The position numbers and the translations under genes were made by a program. 64,000 nt of DNA from a virus (Duplodnaviria > Caudoviricetes), in IMG/VR virus record IMGVR_UViG_3300009183_004565; one strand, given 5' to 3'. Shown here piece after piece: positions 45,360-55,811 of the stretch (its first letter is position 1; each line of letters starts with the position of its first letter). The notes under the pieces are model-generated. The model saw only the letters and a list, made by a program, of their open reading frames with translations. It ran no database searches and was not told the origin of the DNA.

Positions 45360-46458
45360 ATCCTGGCTTCATCATATCTATTTGCATCTGTTTATAATTA
45401 TTGTCCGACCAGCTATAATCAAATGTACTACTAACTCCATCTACTTCAATTTTATAGATATCCAAGTGACTGCTTAGTGTATTCCAAACATCTTGATAAT
45501 CTGTTGTACCAAAACTTGATTGTAAATCTATTTGTCCAATTGGTAAATACCCGCAACTTAATTTTGGGTCGCGATAATCTCTACCGTTGTCTGTTAACCA
45601 TTTTCTAAATTTATCTTGTTCAATGTTGTGCCACGGATGAGGGCCACCATACACAACATCATTTCCCCATTCAACATCAAATTCGCCGCTGTAATATTTT
45701 AACTCAGTAATTGCTTCGCACACTGTCGCTGTTAGTGGAGGTGCATCTTCATCACGGAACACTTCGTATACTGTTTTTCCTATTTGTGTCCAATGCATAT
45801 ATACTCCACCCAATACACGGTCATATCCATTAACAGAAAATAGTTTTCTATGTTCATCAGTTAATTCATATCGTTGAGCATTAATAAATGTTGTAATTTG
45901 ACTAGGACGCACCCAGAACGGCAATGTTGCAGCTTTACGCTGACTTAGAATCAAGTTTTCCATTTCATGGCAGATATTGTTTAACTGCCGAATAGCATAC
46001 TTTGTTTCATAGTCTGCCTTGCGATAGTACTCACTTAAATCCCAAACTGTACCTTGTAGTATTTCAAAATGATTATGCAATTTATTTAAGACTTCATGAT
46101 TGAGACCATTGTCTGCGTAATCAAATGCTACAACATTTTCTGTTGTATATACATCATCAATTTGATAATCCGTGAAAAAGTTATTGATAGTCGCTACGGC
46201 AGAATTTAATTCATTGCAAAGGTATTCTAGAGTTCTTGCTGTTTGCGGAAACCCCATAAAACAAAAATTCTTTTCTAGTAGATTTTTGTTAGTTAATAAC
46301 ACTTTTAACGCATCAATCCAATTTTTAGATAATTCGTTATTATGCGAGATTATATTATAATCAAATTGATCGTTATAATCCAATGGGTTGCGTAATACAA
46401 CTTTAACTGATGGCGTTCCACCACTCATATACATCTGCTCTTTTTGAAAGTATTTCAT
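45334..46458 (-). CDS. Hypothetical protein, His/Glu-motif family
   Basis: LHNHFE...CHEME; HWTQIGKT; FRKW...DPKLSCGYLPIG. Confidence 0.65.
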   Translation of the reverse strand: MKYFQKEQMYMSGGTPSVKVVLRNPLDYNDQFDYNIISHNNELSKNWIDALKVLLTNKNLLEKNFCFMGFPQTARTLEYLCNELNSAVATINNFFTDYQIDDVYTTENVVAFDYADNGLNHEVLNKLHNHFEILQGTVWDLSEYYRKADYETKYAIRQLNNICHEMENLILSQRKAATLPFWVRPSQITTFINAQRYELTDEHRKLFSVNGYDRVLGGVYMHWTQIGKTVYEVFRDEDAPPLTATVCEAITELKYYSGEFDVEWGNDVVYGGPHPWHNIEQDKFRKWLTDNGRDYRDPKLSCGYLPIGQIDLQSSFGTTDYQDVWNTLSSHLDIYKIEVDGVSSTFDYSWSDNNYKQMQIDMMKPGYDYSSSWR

Positions 46459-47719
46459 CCATAGTAATAGATTGACTACGAATAGCTTCTAATTGTAACA
46501 CGCGAGCCTTACCTCGAGCAATACCTAAACGGTATGCTTCTTCACCATATTGCTCTTGAAAAGTAGGGCGTGTTTTAAGTTGAACTAGTATATCCTTTAA
46601 CGGGCCGAGGGGTGTGGTTGGGCCATCCAAAATTTCATCTACCCATACATTTAATATCTTTCTAGGTAGTACTAAAGGTGACATAACTATGTCCGGGCTA
46701 AAACTAAAGACAACTTTGGCTAGTATGTCTACGCCCAAATCGTTACCTAACTGCTGTATATTACCAACTTCAAACATACCCGGAAGGGTAAGTGTAAAGT
46801 CCAATCTCATTTGACGTCTGTTTGTAGCGAGGCCAACTCCTCTTTTAAAGTTTTCAAGCCATTCTGTATAGTTAAGGCCTGTTCGTATATACTCTCCAAT
46901 TCTTTCTGTGCCATCGATGCTTGCACATATCTGCCAATCCCGTAACCTACAAAGTATATCACTGTACAAATCAATATTCCGATACCGTACGCGGCTAAGG
47001 TTTGTGTTATATCTTGCATAGACATTTGGTCCATCTCCTAGTTCAATTATACGCTGCATATACCGCCAATGTTGTTCGTACATTAACGGTTCTCCTCCCA
47101 CCCAGTACACTTCTTCGATACGGTGGTCCTCTACTGCTGCTGCGAACTCGGCTTCAATTTGAGTTGTTTGGAATTTTTCAATTTGATGTTTGATCTCGGG
47201 TTTCATCCAATTATTCTTTGGATCCGCCCAGTTGATCATGTTGTGTTGGCGTTGCTCACTTTCCCAAGCACTGCTTAACATGTCTCCACACATGCGACAT
47301 TTGAAGTTACAGAGATTACTGAATCTGTAATCCCACGATACTGGCTTCATTGTGGTATAGCCAGTTGCGTCTGTTTCTTCTACTATTTTATCATACTTAT
47401 GTCCGAATAATTGATTAAAATAACTGCGGTAAACGTCAGTGTTTAATAGTTTATCGTTACATACTTCACACTCAGATAATGTTTCACCGGCCATCATGCG
47501 GCGGCGCACACTGCGCATACGATCACTGTTCCAGTGTTGTTCTAATGTAACGGGAATATATTTTCCAGTACCAGCACTGGTATCAATATACTGTTCAAAG
47601 TTTTGTGCAGGCTCACGACTGGCGCAGCATAGCCTACGTTCAGTTTGCGGACTTAGATACGTATGCGTCCACGGTGCCATGCATAATGTAGTAGGTTTAG
47701 TTGAATTCAAGTTTTTCAA
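46403..47719 (-). CDS. Radical SAM protein with N-terminal SPASM/twitch-like domain (subtype A)
   Basis: CMAPW...LCC...CEVC; CNFKCRMC; GGEP; YNTN. Confidence 0.85.
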   Translation of the reverse strand: MKNLNSTKPTTLCMAPWTHTYLSPQTERRLCCASREPAQNFEQYIDTSAGTGKYIPVTLEQHWNSDRMRSVRRRMMAGETLSECEVCNDKLLNTDVYRSYFNQLFGHKYDKIVEETDATGYTTMKPVSWDYRFSNLCNFKCRMCGDMLSSAWESEQRQHNMINWADPKNNWMKPEIKHQIEKFQTTQIEAEFAAAVEDHRIEEVYWVGGEPLMYEQHWRYMQRIIELGDGPNVYARYNTNLSRVRYRNIDLYSDILCRLRDWQICASIDGTERIGEYIRTGLNYTEWLENFKRGVGLATNRRQMRLDFTLTLPGMFEVGNIQQLGNDLGVDILAKVVFSFSPDIVMSPLVLPRKILNVWVDEILDGPTTPLGPLKDILVQLKTRPTFQEQYGEEAYRLGIARGKARVLQLEAIRSQSITMDEILSKRADVYEWWNAIS

Positions 47720-48488
47720 ATTCTAAAATTGGTTGTTTTACGATATACATTAAGTCATCTAAATTTGTAACTTTTCCAATTACAGGATAGCCTGTGTATC
47801 TTAAGATTTTTTCTGGGCCATGTAGATGGTAAAAATTATTATCGTTCTTCTTAATATCGTCTAATAATTTTTGATGCTCTGTAAATTTTTTAAAATTATT
47901 AATGACAATATTGATCCCGGGTCTAATAACACTATGAAATTTACACGTCTGTGATATTTTTTGATAATCTTTTTCTAAATAAAGTTGCAACGGGCTTGCA
48001 CCAACAAATGGATATTGTAGTTTAATATCACCAATTGTTGTTGAATCTTGAAATTTAAAAAAATCGTCGATTGGTATTGTATTATTGTTATACCATTCAA
48101 TTTGTAACCAATCTTGTCTTGTCACTAAGTGATTTCTTCCTTCATTTAGTAAATGCAAGCACTGATGAATTTCGTGTACCAATTCGTCGCAATCTGCAGG
48201 TATACTATCAAACCCTTTTTCTAATAATACTTCAATGTCTTTATGTAACCTAGATGCAACTTCATGGTCGCCAGGTGTATAATCCCAATCCCAGCCAAGT
48301 TTATAGTTGGCTTCCTTAACTAAATCACTCATGTACTCAATGGTATATTTTGCTGGATCCCTAAAAATAGGCATTTGATTATTATAATTTTTGTAAAGTA
48401 AATTATAATAATTCTTGCCAGTTACAGAATCTTCTAATTCTACTGTTAGTGCAGGTAGATCCTTAAAAAAAATTTTAAAATCAAACAT
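47697..48488 (-). CDS. Hypothetical protein, His/Glu-motif family
   Basis: LHKDIE...IHQCLH; YPFVGASP; YTGYPVIGKV. Confidence 0.6.
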   Translation of the reverse strand: MFDFKIFFKDLPALTVELEDSVTGKNYYNLLYKNYNNQMPIFRDPAKYTIEYMSDLVKEANYKLGWDWDYTPGDHEVASRLHKDIEVLLEKGFDSIPADCDELVHEIHQCLHLLNEGRNHLVTRQDWLQIEWYNNNTIPIDDFFKFQDSTTIGDIKLQYPFVGASPLQLYLEKDYQKISQTCKFHSVIRPGINIVINNFKKFTEHQKLLDDIKKNDNNFYHLHGPEKILRYTGYPVIGKVTNLDDLMYIVKQPILEFEKLEFN

Positions 48489-49695
48489 AGCCCATTGCCC
48501 GTGCTATTTCCGGATGCGTATTAATAAAGTTCTGTTTTCTGTATGCATCAGTCTGTTGCATCTTACGACAAAATTCTTTACCATCGCTTCCAGCGCCATT
48601 TTTAATAAAGTTTATTATATTATTAATTTCAAGTTGATAACGATTAGATGACCAGAAAGTAGTTGTTAATTTATCAAGCACCAATTCTTGTGCAGTCTGA
48701 GTCATATATTGTATACTCATATGATCCGGACTATGCATCATATTAAAGTAAACGTCGCCAAAATTCTTAGTGTCTGCCCACGCTAACAATTCATCAAGAT
48801 AATACACATTTTGTATATTAACTGTAAAACATAATTGTGTAGTTATGTTGGGATACAGCAGTTGCATGCCATGAACTGAATCAATTATCGAATTAGCAGT
48901 ACCCCACTTTGCGCCGTATCTTTCGTATTCAAATCTATTGTTTACATTATCAATACTAAATGCAACGTCAACACGCCCAAAGTCTCTCCAAATTTCAACA
49001 AGATCCTGGGGCCATTGTGTAGCATTAGTGTTATAATGTATATCAATATTTTTGCTGTATCCTTGTGCTACTGCGTATTTTAATAGCTCAATATGTTCTT
49101 GTATTAACCAAGGTTCACCACCAGTAAACTCAAGATACTTAATATTGGGCAATAGTCTCTTTAAGTTTTCCCAGAAGTTCGTATCTGGATTACGCGGCCA
49201 CGAACCTTGTTTTAACCATTGATAAGCAATATGTTGTTTCTTATCAAAGTCTTTGGGCATGTACTCTAATTCTTCTACTGCCCATTTACTGCTAGACCAG
49301 GATCCACATATACGGCACTTAAGATTACAAATATTACCAAGTTTCAAATCAAGAAACCATAATTGGTCTGGATTATCATTATCCCAGTCGACGTCATGAT
49401 ACAATTCTTTTAAACGTATACGACTATTCATGCGTTTACTTGTTCTGCCGGCAGACTCCTCGTCCCAACATAGTTTACAAGTTTCTGGTTGTTCGCCAGC
49501 ACGAAATTGCCTACGAAGACGTTGCATGTATTCGCTATGATAAATTGTTTCTAAATTGTCTTTATTTAAATCAAACTTATCACCGTTGCTGTTTGTTATT
49601 TCCTCTCTGGCCAAACAACACGGTCTAGCAGTTCCGACTGGACTAGTTTCTATACTAATCCACGGCAACATACAAATTGTATTAGGCAAGATCAT
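48481..49695 (-). CDS. Radical SAM protein with N-terminal SPASM/twitch-like domain (subtype A)
   Basis: CMLPW...RPCC...CKLC; CNLKCRIC; GGEP; YNTN. Confidence 0.87.
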   Translation of the reverse strand: MILPNTICMLPWISIETSPVGTARPCCLAREEITNSNGDKFDLNKDNLETIYHSEYMQRLRRQFRAGEQPETCKLCWDEESAGRTSKRMNSRIRLKELYHDVDWDNDNPDQLWFLDLKLGNICNLKCRICGSWSSSKWAVEELEYMPKDFDKKQHIAYQWLKQGSWPRNPDTNFWENLKRLLPNIKYLEFTGGEPWLIQEHIELLKYAVAQGYSKNIDIHYNTNATQWPQDLVEIWRDFGRVDVAFSIDNVNNRFEYERYGAKWGTANSIIDSVHGMQLLYPNITTQLCFTVNIQNVYYLDELLAWADTKNFGDVYFNMMHSPDHMSIQYMTQTAQELVLDKLTTTFWSSNRYQLEINNIINFIKNGAGSDGKEFCRKMQQTDAYRKQNFINTHPEIARAMGYV

Positions 49696-51001
49696 TTAGT
49701 TCTGGGAATACCTTCCAAAAATTTTCTTTTCTTAATATATCTAATTTTTCTATTTCTTCTCTAAATCTTGGTAATAAGTGACTGGCATCATTTGCTTGCA
49801 TTAGATTAATTAAACTCTTATACCCAGTGGTTGCACGTTGCAATGTATCCTGTGGTTCTAACCATTCAATATGTTTTTGATACGCAGGTATCACTACAGT
49901 ATCTTTAAACTTGGGTGGCAGAATATCTACACGATACCACTCAGGGCCTTGGCATACGTTAACATTAAAATCTTTGGCTTTAATAAGACCTAAATCTGTC
50001 CACTCACGATGAAAATCTAATATATGCAGTACATTCATTGCACTAATTGTTGCAGCAACATAAAAATCAACATGCGGAACTTCTTCTATCATTCTTCTTC
50101 TGTTATTAATTGCCTGTTCCCAGTCAGTTCCTTTACGCATTAATTCTGCACGTTCTCCTGATGCATCTAAACTAGCACCAACACTAATATTTTTAAAATG
50201 TTTCCAGTAATTAAAAACGTGTTTATCTTTAAATGCAAGTTCACTAAAGTTTGTGTTATACTGAATACGTACATCTGTTTTTCCGTGCTCGATAAGTTTC
50301 TCTAACATGAAATAATGTTCTTTCATTATCAGCGGTTCACCGCCGGCAAAATAAACTTGTTCAAGGTATGGAATATGCGGAAGCATTTGCTCGAGCATAG
50401 AATCTTCGTCCCCGGCAGTGTATTCAACTCTTGCCATTTCTCTTCCAAGTACATCAGGTTTAGTGTTGTATAGTTTGACATGATCGTTATACCAGTTGCT
50501 GCTGAATATAGGACCACAGCTCCGGCAACTAAAATTGCATAAATTACTAAACCTAACATCCCAATATCTTATTTTAAATTCTGGGTGTGTTCCGTCTGCT
50601 TCTGTTTGATTTATCTCATTTATTAAATGTCCATAGTTACGATTACTATCATTTCGCATACTAAAAAATCCATTTTTTTCTTGCTCGTAACACTTGGTAC
50701 ATTCTTTACATGATCGATCGTTCAACATGTTTGTTCGGATTGTTTTATATGGATCTTGGTTCCATACTTCAATCATTTTATTCTTTCTAAGGTCACCTAA
50801 CGGTTCCCAATATTCTGCTAAACAACAAGGATAGACTCTACCATCGGGATATGCATGCATATGCACCCACGGTAGCATACAAAATGTTTTACTTTTGGTT
50901 AATTTATATAATTGATCATCGCTAAGTTTATCTTGATCAATGAAATAAGGAACACGTTCATTATAGACATATCCTTTGTTATAGAATCCTTTTACACTCA
51001 T
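49682..51001 (-). CDS. Radical SAM protein with N-terminal SPASM/twitch-like domain (subtype A)
   Basis: CMLPW...YPCC...CTKC; CNFSCRSC; GGEP; YNTN. Confidence 0.87.
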   Translation of the reverse strand: MSVKGFYNKGYVYNERVPYFIDQDKLSDDQLYKLTKSKTFCMLPWVHMHAYPDGRVYPCCLAEYWEPLGDLRKNKMIEVWNQDPYKTIRTNMLNDRSCKECTKCYEQEKNGFFSMRNDSNRNYGHLINEINQTEADGTHPEFKIRYWDVRFSNLCNFSCRSCGPIFSSNWYNDHVKLYNTKPDVLGREMARVEYTAGDEDSMLEQMLPHIPYLEQVYFAGGEPLIMKEHYFMLEKLIEHGKTDVRIQYNTNFSELAFKDKHVFNYWKHFKNISVGASLDASGERAELMRKGTDWEQAINNRRRMIEEVPHVDFYVAATISAMNVLHILDFHREWTDLGLIKAKDFNVNVCQGPEWYRVDILPPKFKDTVVIPAYQKHIEWLEPQDTLQRATTGYKSLINLMQANDASHLLPRFREEIEKLDILRKENFWKVFPELNDLA

Positions 51002-52350
51002 AATGAATTATACCAATCTGCTATAGCAGGAAATGTTTCTGTAAAATTTTTATTGCGCCGTTGATTATACTGTTGATGAAATTGTTTAAAGTCGTTACGC
51101 AACTTGGGCAAGTCAAATGCCTCGCTGTGTGGAGTTTTAACTACATCAAGATAGTCTATCAGGCGTTGTACATGATTACGTTCGTGTTCGTGTAACCATT
51201 CGTTATCGTTGGCTGCTAACCATGCTTCTAGATTATTTTTGTGTCGTGTTCTGTGTTCGTCAGGCAATACCAATGGACTTTGAAAACTAGGAAAACGTAA
51301 AATATTTAGTGTAAAGTTCGGAAAGTCTTTTCCGTAACACATTTTCCACTGTACCATACAGTCCAAGAACTCAGTTAAACTTTCCAAACACAATGCATTA
51401 ATGGTACACATAATGTGTAATCCACGCAATTTAACTACACTGTAGTTGTCGCATATGAGTTCTATACTATTAGCCCAATCGTCCCAAACCAATCCGTCTC
51501 TAATATACTCTGCATGACTTCCGATAGATTCGTTACTAGTGTATAGGTCAATTGGTGCGTCCACACTATTAAATAAGCGATCGATATCAACTTGTGTTCC
51601 CAAATTACTGTTAATTGCTAATCTTGTTTTACTTTTACCACGATTAGTCTTAAACCAATCTAGCAGTTGCCAGGTATATCCTGACATTAAAGGCTCACCA
51701 CCGGTGATACGCAATTCGTCTAGTGTACTATGGAGATCCGACTCCCACCACTTAAAAAACGCTTCCACATACGGATTACTCTCGCCAAATCTATAAAGTT
51801 GACTACTGTCATGAGTGTGAGTAAAGTGATTCCTACCGTCTGACACCAAACCAGTGTAGGGTCCATTATCTCTGATATCTTTAACCCATGTTGAACTGAA
51901 AGCAGGATTGCAGTAAGAGCAAGCAAATTGGCAAGTACGGTCAAAACTAATTTCAAGAGTGCGAAGATTAATATCTTCGGTGTATGATGTTTTGTATGCA
52001 TGATTTAAATCCTCGTCTGAATATATTACTGTTTTGTATACTCGATCGCTAATGTTATCTCTACCTATATCCTCTATTTTCCAACAATACTCACAGCCTT
52101 CAGGTCTGTCGCCTTTTTGCATTAGGCGTCGCTCTGCTTTCTTTTTGTGTGTATTATGTAATGTTCGAGGATTTTCAATCACATCTTCTACTTCAATCTT
52201 GTGTGGCAATGGGTGATGACAACTTGTGGTCATACCGCTGCCCAACCATATAGTAGCGTTGTACCATTTTGCTCCGCAGAATGAATCTGACTTGATGTCA
52301 ATCACTCTACGCTTATATTGTAAATCTGTTTCGTTATTAATTCTGGGCAT
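50998..52350 (-). CDS. Radical SAM protein with N-terminal SPASM/twitch-like domain (subtype B)
   Basis: CGAKW...TSCHH...CEYC; CQFACSYC; GGEP. Confidence 0.87.
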   Translation of the reverse strand: MPRINNETDLQYKRRVIDIKSDSFCGAKWYNATIWLGSGMTTSCHHPLPHKIEVEDVIENPRTLHNTHKKKAERRLMQKGDRPEGCEYCWKIEDIGRDNISDRVYKTVIYSDEDLNHAYKTSYTEDINLRTLEISFDRTCQFACSYCNPAFSSTWVKDIRDNGPYTGLVSDGRNHFTHTHDSSQLYRFGESNPYVEAFFKWWESDLHSTLDELRITGGEPLMSGYTWQLLDWFKTNRGKSKTRLAINSNLGTQVDIDRLFNSVDAPIDLYTSNESIGSHAEYIRDGLVWDDWANSIELICDNYSVVKLRGLHIMCTINALCLESLTEFLDCMVQWKMCYGKDFPNFTLNILRFPSFQSPLVLPDEHRTRHKNNLEAWLAANDNEWLHEHERNHVQRLIDYLDVVKTPHSEAFDLPKLRNDFKQFHQQYNQRRNKNFTETFPAIADWYNSL

Positions 52351-53716
52351 GATATCTACATTCCTCCCAGAACTCTCGCATTTCCGGGAACGTTTTTAAA
52401 AAGTCTGTTTCTCTACGTTTATCGTGCTCGTTAAAGAATCTATAAAAGTCAGCACGTTGTAGTTTAACATATTCTGGATCTAATTTGCTACCTTCCTTCA
52501 TCCAATCAATAGTTCTCCGCATACGCTGTACTTCATAATCTTTGAATCCTTGAAATGGACGGTCAGGTCGTTCTAAATTTTCTTCCATCCAATTGGCTAC
52601 ATCAGTTAATCGTTGTGCATAAACCGGCGGAAGTATTTGTAAACTTTGCCACGTGGGTTGTCTCAATAGTGGTGTATCAAACCAAACACGCTGATACGTA
52701 TCACTATGTAATCGTCTATAATTTAAAATATCCTGTAGTAAATTTTTAATACCTAATACACTAAGATTGTTCATTGTTATAATAAAAGTAAGACTGTTTC
52801 TTTTTGTTACTTCTATTAGATACTTTGCACAATTATATTGAAGTCTAGAATAATTTAATCCATGCCTTATATATTCTGCATGTTCAGGAATTCCGGAGTC
52901 TACACTAACATACTGCATGAAATGTTCAATTTGTGTGTCACATAATCTTTGAACGTAGTCAATATACTTGTTCATTAACTGTGGATCTACACTAAAATTA
53001 CTAGTAACATCAATATGCAAATCCGGTTTAGGCAATGCCAATACATAATCAAATACCTTAAAGGTATTACGATCCATCAACGGTTCACCACCAGTCATCC
53101 TAAAATGTTTTAGTTTTGGGTAAAGAGTGGGCCACCACGCCCAAAAAGCATCTACATAGGGGTTGTCATTGCGAACAGGTATAGGCTTGCGGCGGCCATT
53201 AAAATGGATCGGGTCATTATGAGGTTTACTAGTAGGGTAGGCTCCCCATCGTTGGATTTCGTCTTCCCACGACGAACTAAACTGTGGACTACAGTAACTA
53301 CAGCGAAGGTTACAAGCATGATTAAAATTAACTTCCACATAGGAAGGAACGGCATCTTCATCTCCTGTCAAATTTAGTATTGTATCAAAGTGTTCAGCTG
53401 CCCAGGGCTCACCACTACGGTAATGTCTGTCACTTAGGTTACCTAAGTCTTCTTGTGTCCAGCAATAACTACATTCTTGTGGACGTTCATTGCGTAACAT
53501 AATTTTACGCTGCTCTTTTTTATATGGTGTATTGTGTAATGCACCAGGATTATCTTTTAGTAATGTGGCATCTATTTCGTGTAGCGGAGGATGATAGCAA
53601 CTGTTGGTTAATCCTGTAGGTAGGTGTAGGCTAACCTGCTGCCACTTGGCAAGGCACAGAGCTTCGCCCAGTTTCGCCTTCATCTGCTCTGCAGCAGACA
53701 TGAAGTCACTTACCAT
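52337..53716 (-). CDS. Radical SAM protein with N-terminal SPASM/twitch-like domain (subtype B)
   Basis: CLAKW...NSCYH...CSYC; CNLRCSYC; GGEP. Confidence 0.87.
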   Translation of the reverse strand: MVSDFMSAAEQMKAKLGEALCLAKWQQVSLHLPTGLTNSCYHPPLHEIDATLLKDNPGALHNTPYKKEQRKIMLRNERPQECSYCWTQEDLGNLSDRHYRSGEPWAAEHFDTILNLTGDEDAVPSYVEVNFNHACNLRCSYCSPQFSSSWEDEIQRWGAYPTSKPHNDPIHFNGRRKPIPVRNDNPYVDAFWAWWPTLYPKLKHFRMTGGEPLMDRNTFKVFDYVLALPKPDLHIDVTSNFSVDPQLMNKYIDYVQRLCDTQIEHFMQYVSVDSGIPEHAEYIRHGLNYSRLQYNCAKYLIEVTKRNSLTFIITMNNLSVLGIKNLLQDILNYRRLHSDTYQRVWFDTPLLRQPTWQSLQILPPVYAQRLTDVANWMEENLERPDRPFQGFKDYEVQRMRRTIDWMKEGSKLDPEYVKLQRADFYRFFNEHDKRRETDFLKTFPEMREFWEECRYHAQN

Positions 53717-54639
53717 CCTTCAATCTTTCTAATAACATCAATCTCTGTCATCATAATCTCACTGTTACGTTGACCAGTACTATAATGGTGTTTAAAGAAC
53801 TTACTTTGTTCTGCGGTGTATGTGACTATAGGTAATCCTAAACGTTTAGTCAATGACTCTTCTATATTATTACAGCCTTCTACCGGATCTTCTTTACTAA
53901 AACTTGCCCATAGTTTTTCTAATACATCAAAATCTTGTACATAATGATGATCCCAGTTTTCAAGCATAATCATAAATGTACCGAGCCTTGCACCATACAT
54001 AGCCCATAGACCGTTTTCAACATCGGCACCAACACTTTGCCATATACACAAATGATCGTAGTTACGATTGTTAACTTTTTCTTCAAATTCTGCCAGTGTG
54101 GGTTTGTGTCCACGATCCAAACACATCTTAACACCTTCACGGAATCCTGCTCGCCAGGCCTGCTTAGGACTGCCATTGGGATATGTAGTGCTATAACAAT
54201 TATGCATTGCTATATACTTTGGATCAAAGCAAAACTCTACACTGGTTTCTTCATCTCCAAGACTGGCTTCATGTGTACGCATTGTATTAACAAAGTCTTT
54301 TGTCCAACAACTTAGACCACCATTACCGTATCGAAGCCCATTGATAACATTACGTGCCTTCCATCTAAAAACTTGGTCATGATTCTTTTCGTTAAGAGAT
54401 AATTGTAAATTAAAAAACTCAGGATCTGGAATGTTATCTCCATCAATAAGAACAAATCGTTCTGTGTCACTTGCAGCCGCTGCCGCTTTATGTGCAGCAT
54501 CACTTCCTTTAATTCCGTCAACACGTTTAGCCCACGGTATCATGTTTTGAATTTTGATCCAAAACTCTTCTTTTTTAGGTTCATCATATGTTAAAAATAT
54601 GCAATCTAAGTCTGCTATATCAACTATTTGTTTGTTCAT
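53710..54639 (-). CDS. GT-A-like glycosyltransferase
   Basis: DCIFLTYDEP, GSDAAHKAAA, VLIDGD (DxD), GNGG, WRAGFREGVK. Confidence 0.6.
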   Translation of the reverse strand: MNKQIVDIADLDCIFLTYDEPKKEEFWIKIQNMIPWAKRVDGIKGSDAAHKAAAAASDTERFVLIDGDNIPDPEFFNLQLSLNEKNHDQVFRWKARNVINGLRYGNGGLSCWTKDFVNTMRTHEASLGDEETSVEFCFDPKYIAMHNCYSTTYPNGSPKQAWRAGFREGVKMCLDRGHKPTLAEFEEKVNNRNYDHLCIWQSVGADVENGLWAMYGARLGTFMIMLENWDHHYVQDFDVLEKLWASFSKEDPVEGCNNIEESLTKRLGLPIVTYTAEQSKFFKHHYSTGQRNSEIMMTEIDVIRKIEGW

Positions 54640-55003
54640 AAAATTCTATTTCTAAATATTCCTCATTGAGGCCTAAGGCTATTGCTGCATATCCCTTTAC
54701 TACTGGTTGCCCTGCATTACTCTTTTTTAATTTTACACGATTTGGTGTATGCGGATCAAGTATCTTTAGTTGATTGTTTACTACACGTAGCAGTTGAGTA
54801 TTTTGTCTTTGATACTCGTCGGGGTGAGTTAGTATAATATAGTTACTTCCCTCTGGATGGCTTGTTTCCCATAATCCAATTATGGTTCCATCTTCATTGT
54901 AGTACAATCTATATTCTTTAATTAGCCGAGGACGGTTACGATCCATTTCCTCAGCTAATTGTAACCCTTTAATGAATTCCTGCCATGGATCTAAAGTAGT
55001 CAA
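54620..55003 (-). CDS. Hypothetical protein
   Basis: 127 aa ORF in coupled series. Confidence 0.5.
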   Translation of the reverse strand: MTTLDPWQEFIKGLQLAEEMDRNRPRLIKEYRLYYNEDGTIIGLWETSHPEGSNYIILTHPDEYQRQNTQLLRVVNNQLKILDPHTPNRVKLKKSNAGQPVVKGYAAIALGLNEEYLEIEFYEQTNS

Positions 55004-55811
55004 TCATTTCCTCCTTTGGAAAAGCTTTATCGTGGTAGTGTAGTGGATGATATTGATTTATGTTATTGATACGTACAATACCATCTGTGAACTCTGTAAC
55101 AAACACATCAGTGAAACTACAATCCTCTGTGTAACCATTAATAGCAGGTTTCATATGCACAAAATTAATAAAGTCTGCAGATGGTATTGTACACCATTCT
55201 GTACCAATTATGTTTGCTGCTAATGCATACACCACATCTGTACTAGGATAGTCATCGTCGCAATGTGCCAATGCCGTTTTTACTGTGGACCAATTTTCAA
55301 ATATCTGAGCTGCTGTGCTAAAAAAGTTTGTTGCAGTCTGGCTGAATCTAAAATACATTAGTCCATTATACACATCAGGTAAATGATTATCATCGAATAG
55401 TTTTCTATACTTTCTGGATGTGGCTGTTTCTTGTTTATAATTTTTGCATCCCGTACTTAGTACAACATCACGTAATCTAAATGTGGTCCACCAATGGTCA
55501 ATTGATCTTGGCAGTAACAAATCACTTTCAAGTTTAATTGTTTCTTTAAACGGTGTGTGCCAAAATGCTTGTACTTCTAATCCATATGGACCTGTTGTAC
55601 TATCCGGAACTTCAATAATATAATCAAATACTGCCTGATGCTGTTCAGTTATTATTGCTGCTGTGCTAGTATCGACTATTACAGCAAAAGATTTAATTTT
55701 TTGCGTAGCCTTTACATTCAATGCTTGCAGATATGCCAAACGTAGATAATCAACGTCCTCTGTGTTAGCGGCAATAGTTAAAAATCCTTGTTGCTCTTTA
55801 TGTCTACTCAT
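54969..55811 (-). CDS. GT8-like glycosyltransferase
   Basis: TIKLESDLL (DxD position), VYNGLMYF, STDVVYA, HMKP. Confidence 0.55.
   Translation of the reverse strand: MSRHKEQQGFLTIAANTEDVDYLRLAYLQALNVKATQKIKSFAVIVDTSTAAIITEQHQAVFDYIIEVPDSTTGPYGLEVQAFWHTPFKETIKLESDLLLPRSIDHWWTTFRLRDVVLSTGCKNYKQETATSRKYRKLFDDNHLPDVYNGLMYFRFSQTATNFFSTAAQIFENWSTVKTALAHCDDDYPSTDVVYALAANIIGTEWCTIPSADFINFVHMKPAINGYTEDCSFTDVFVTEFTDGIVRINNINQYHPLHYHDKAFPKEEMIDYFRSMAGIH

Noticed and set aside
41463-53716. RiPP interpretation of the radical SAM array
   Set aside because: No convincing small precursor ORF in the tightly packed block and the neighbours are glycan enzymes; not excluded, but unsupported
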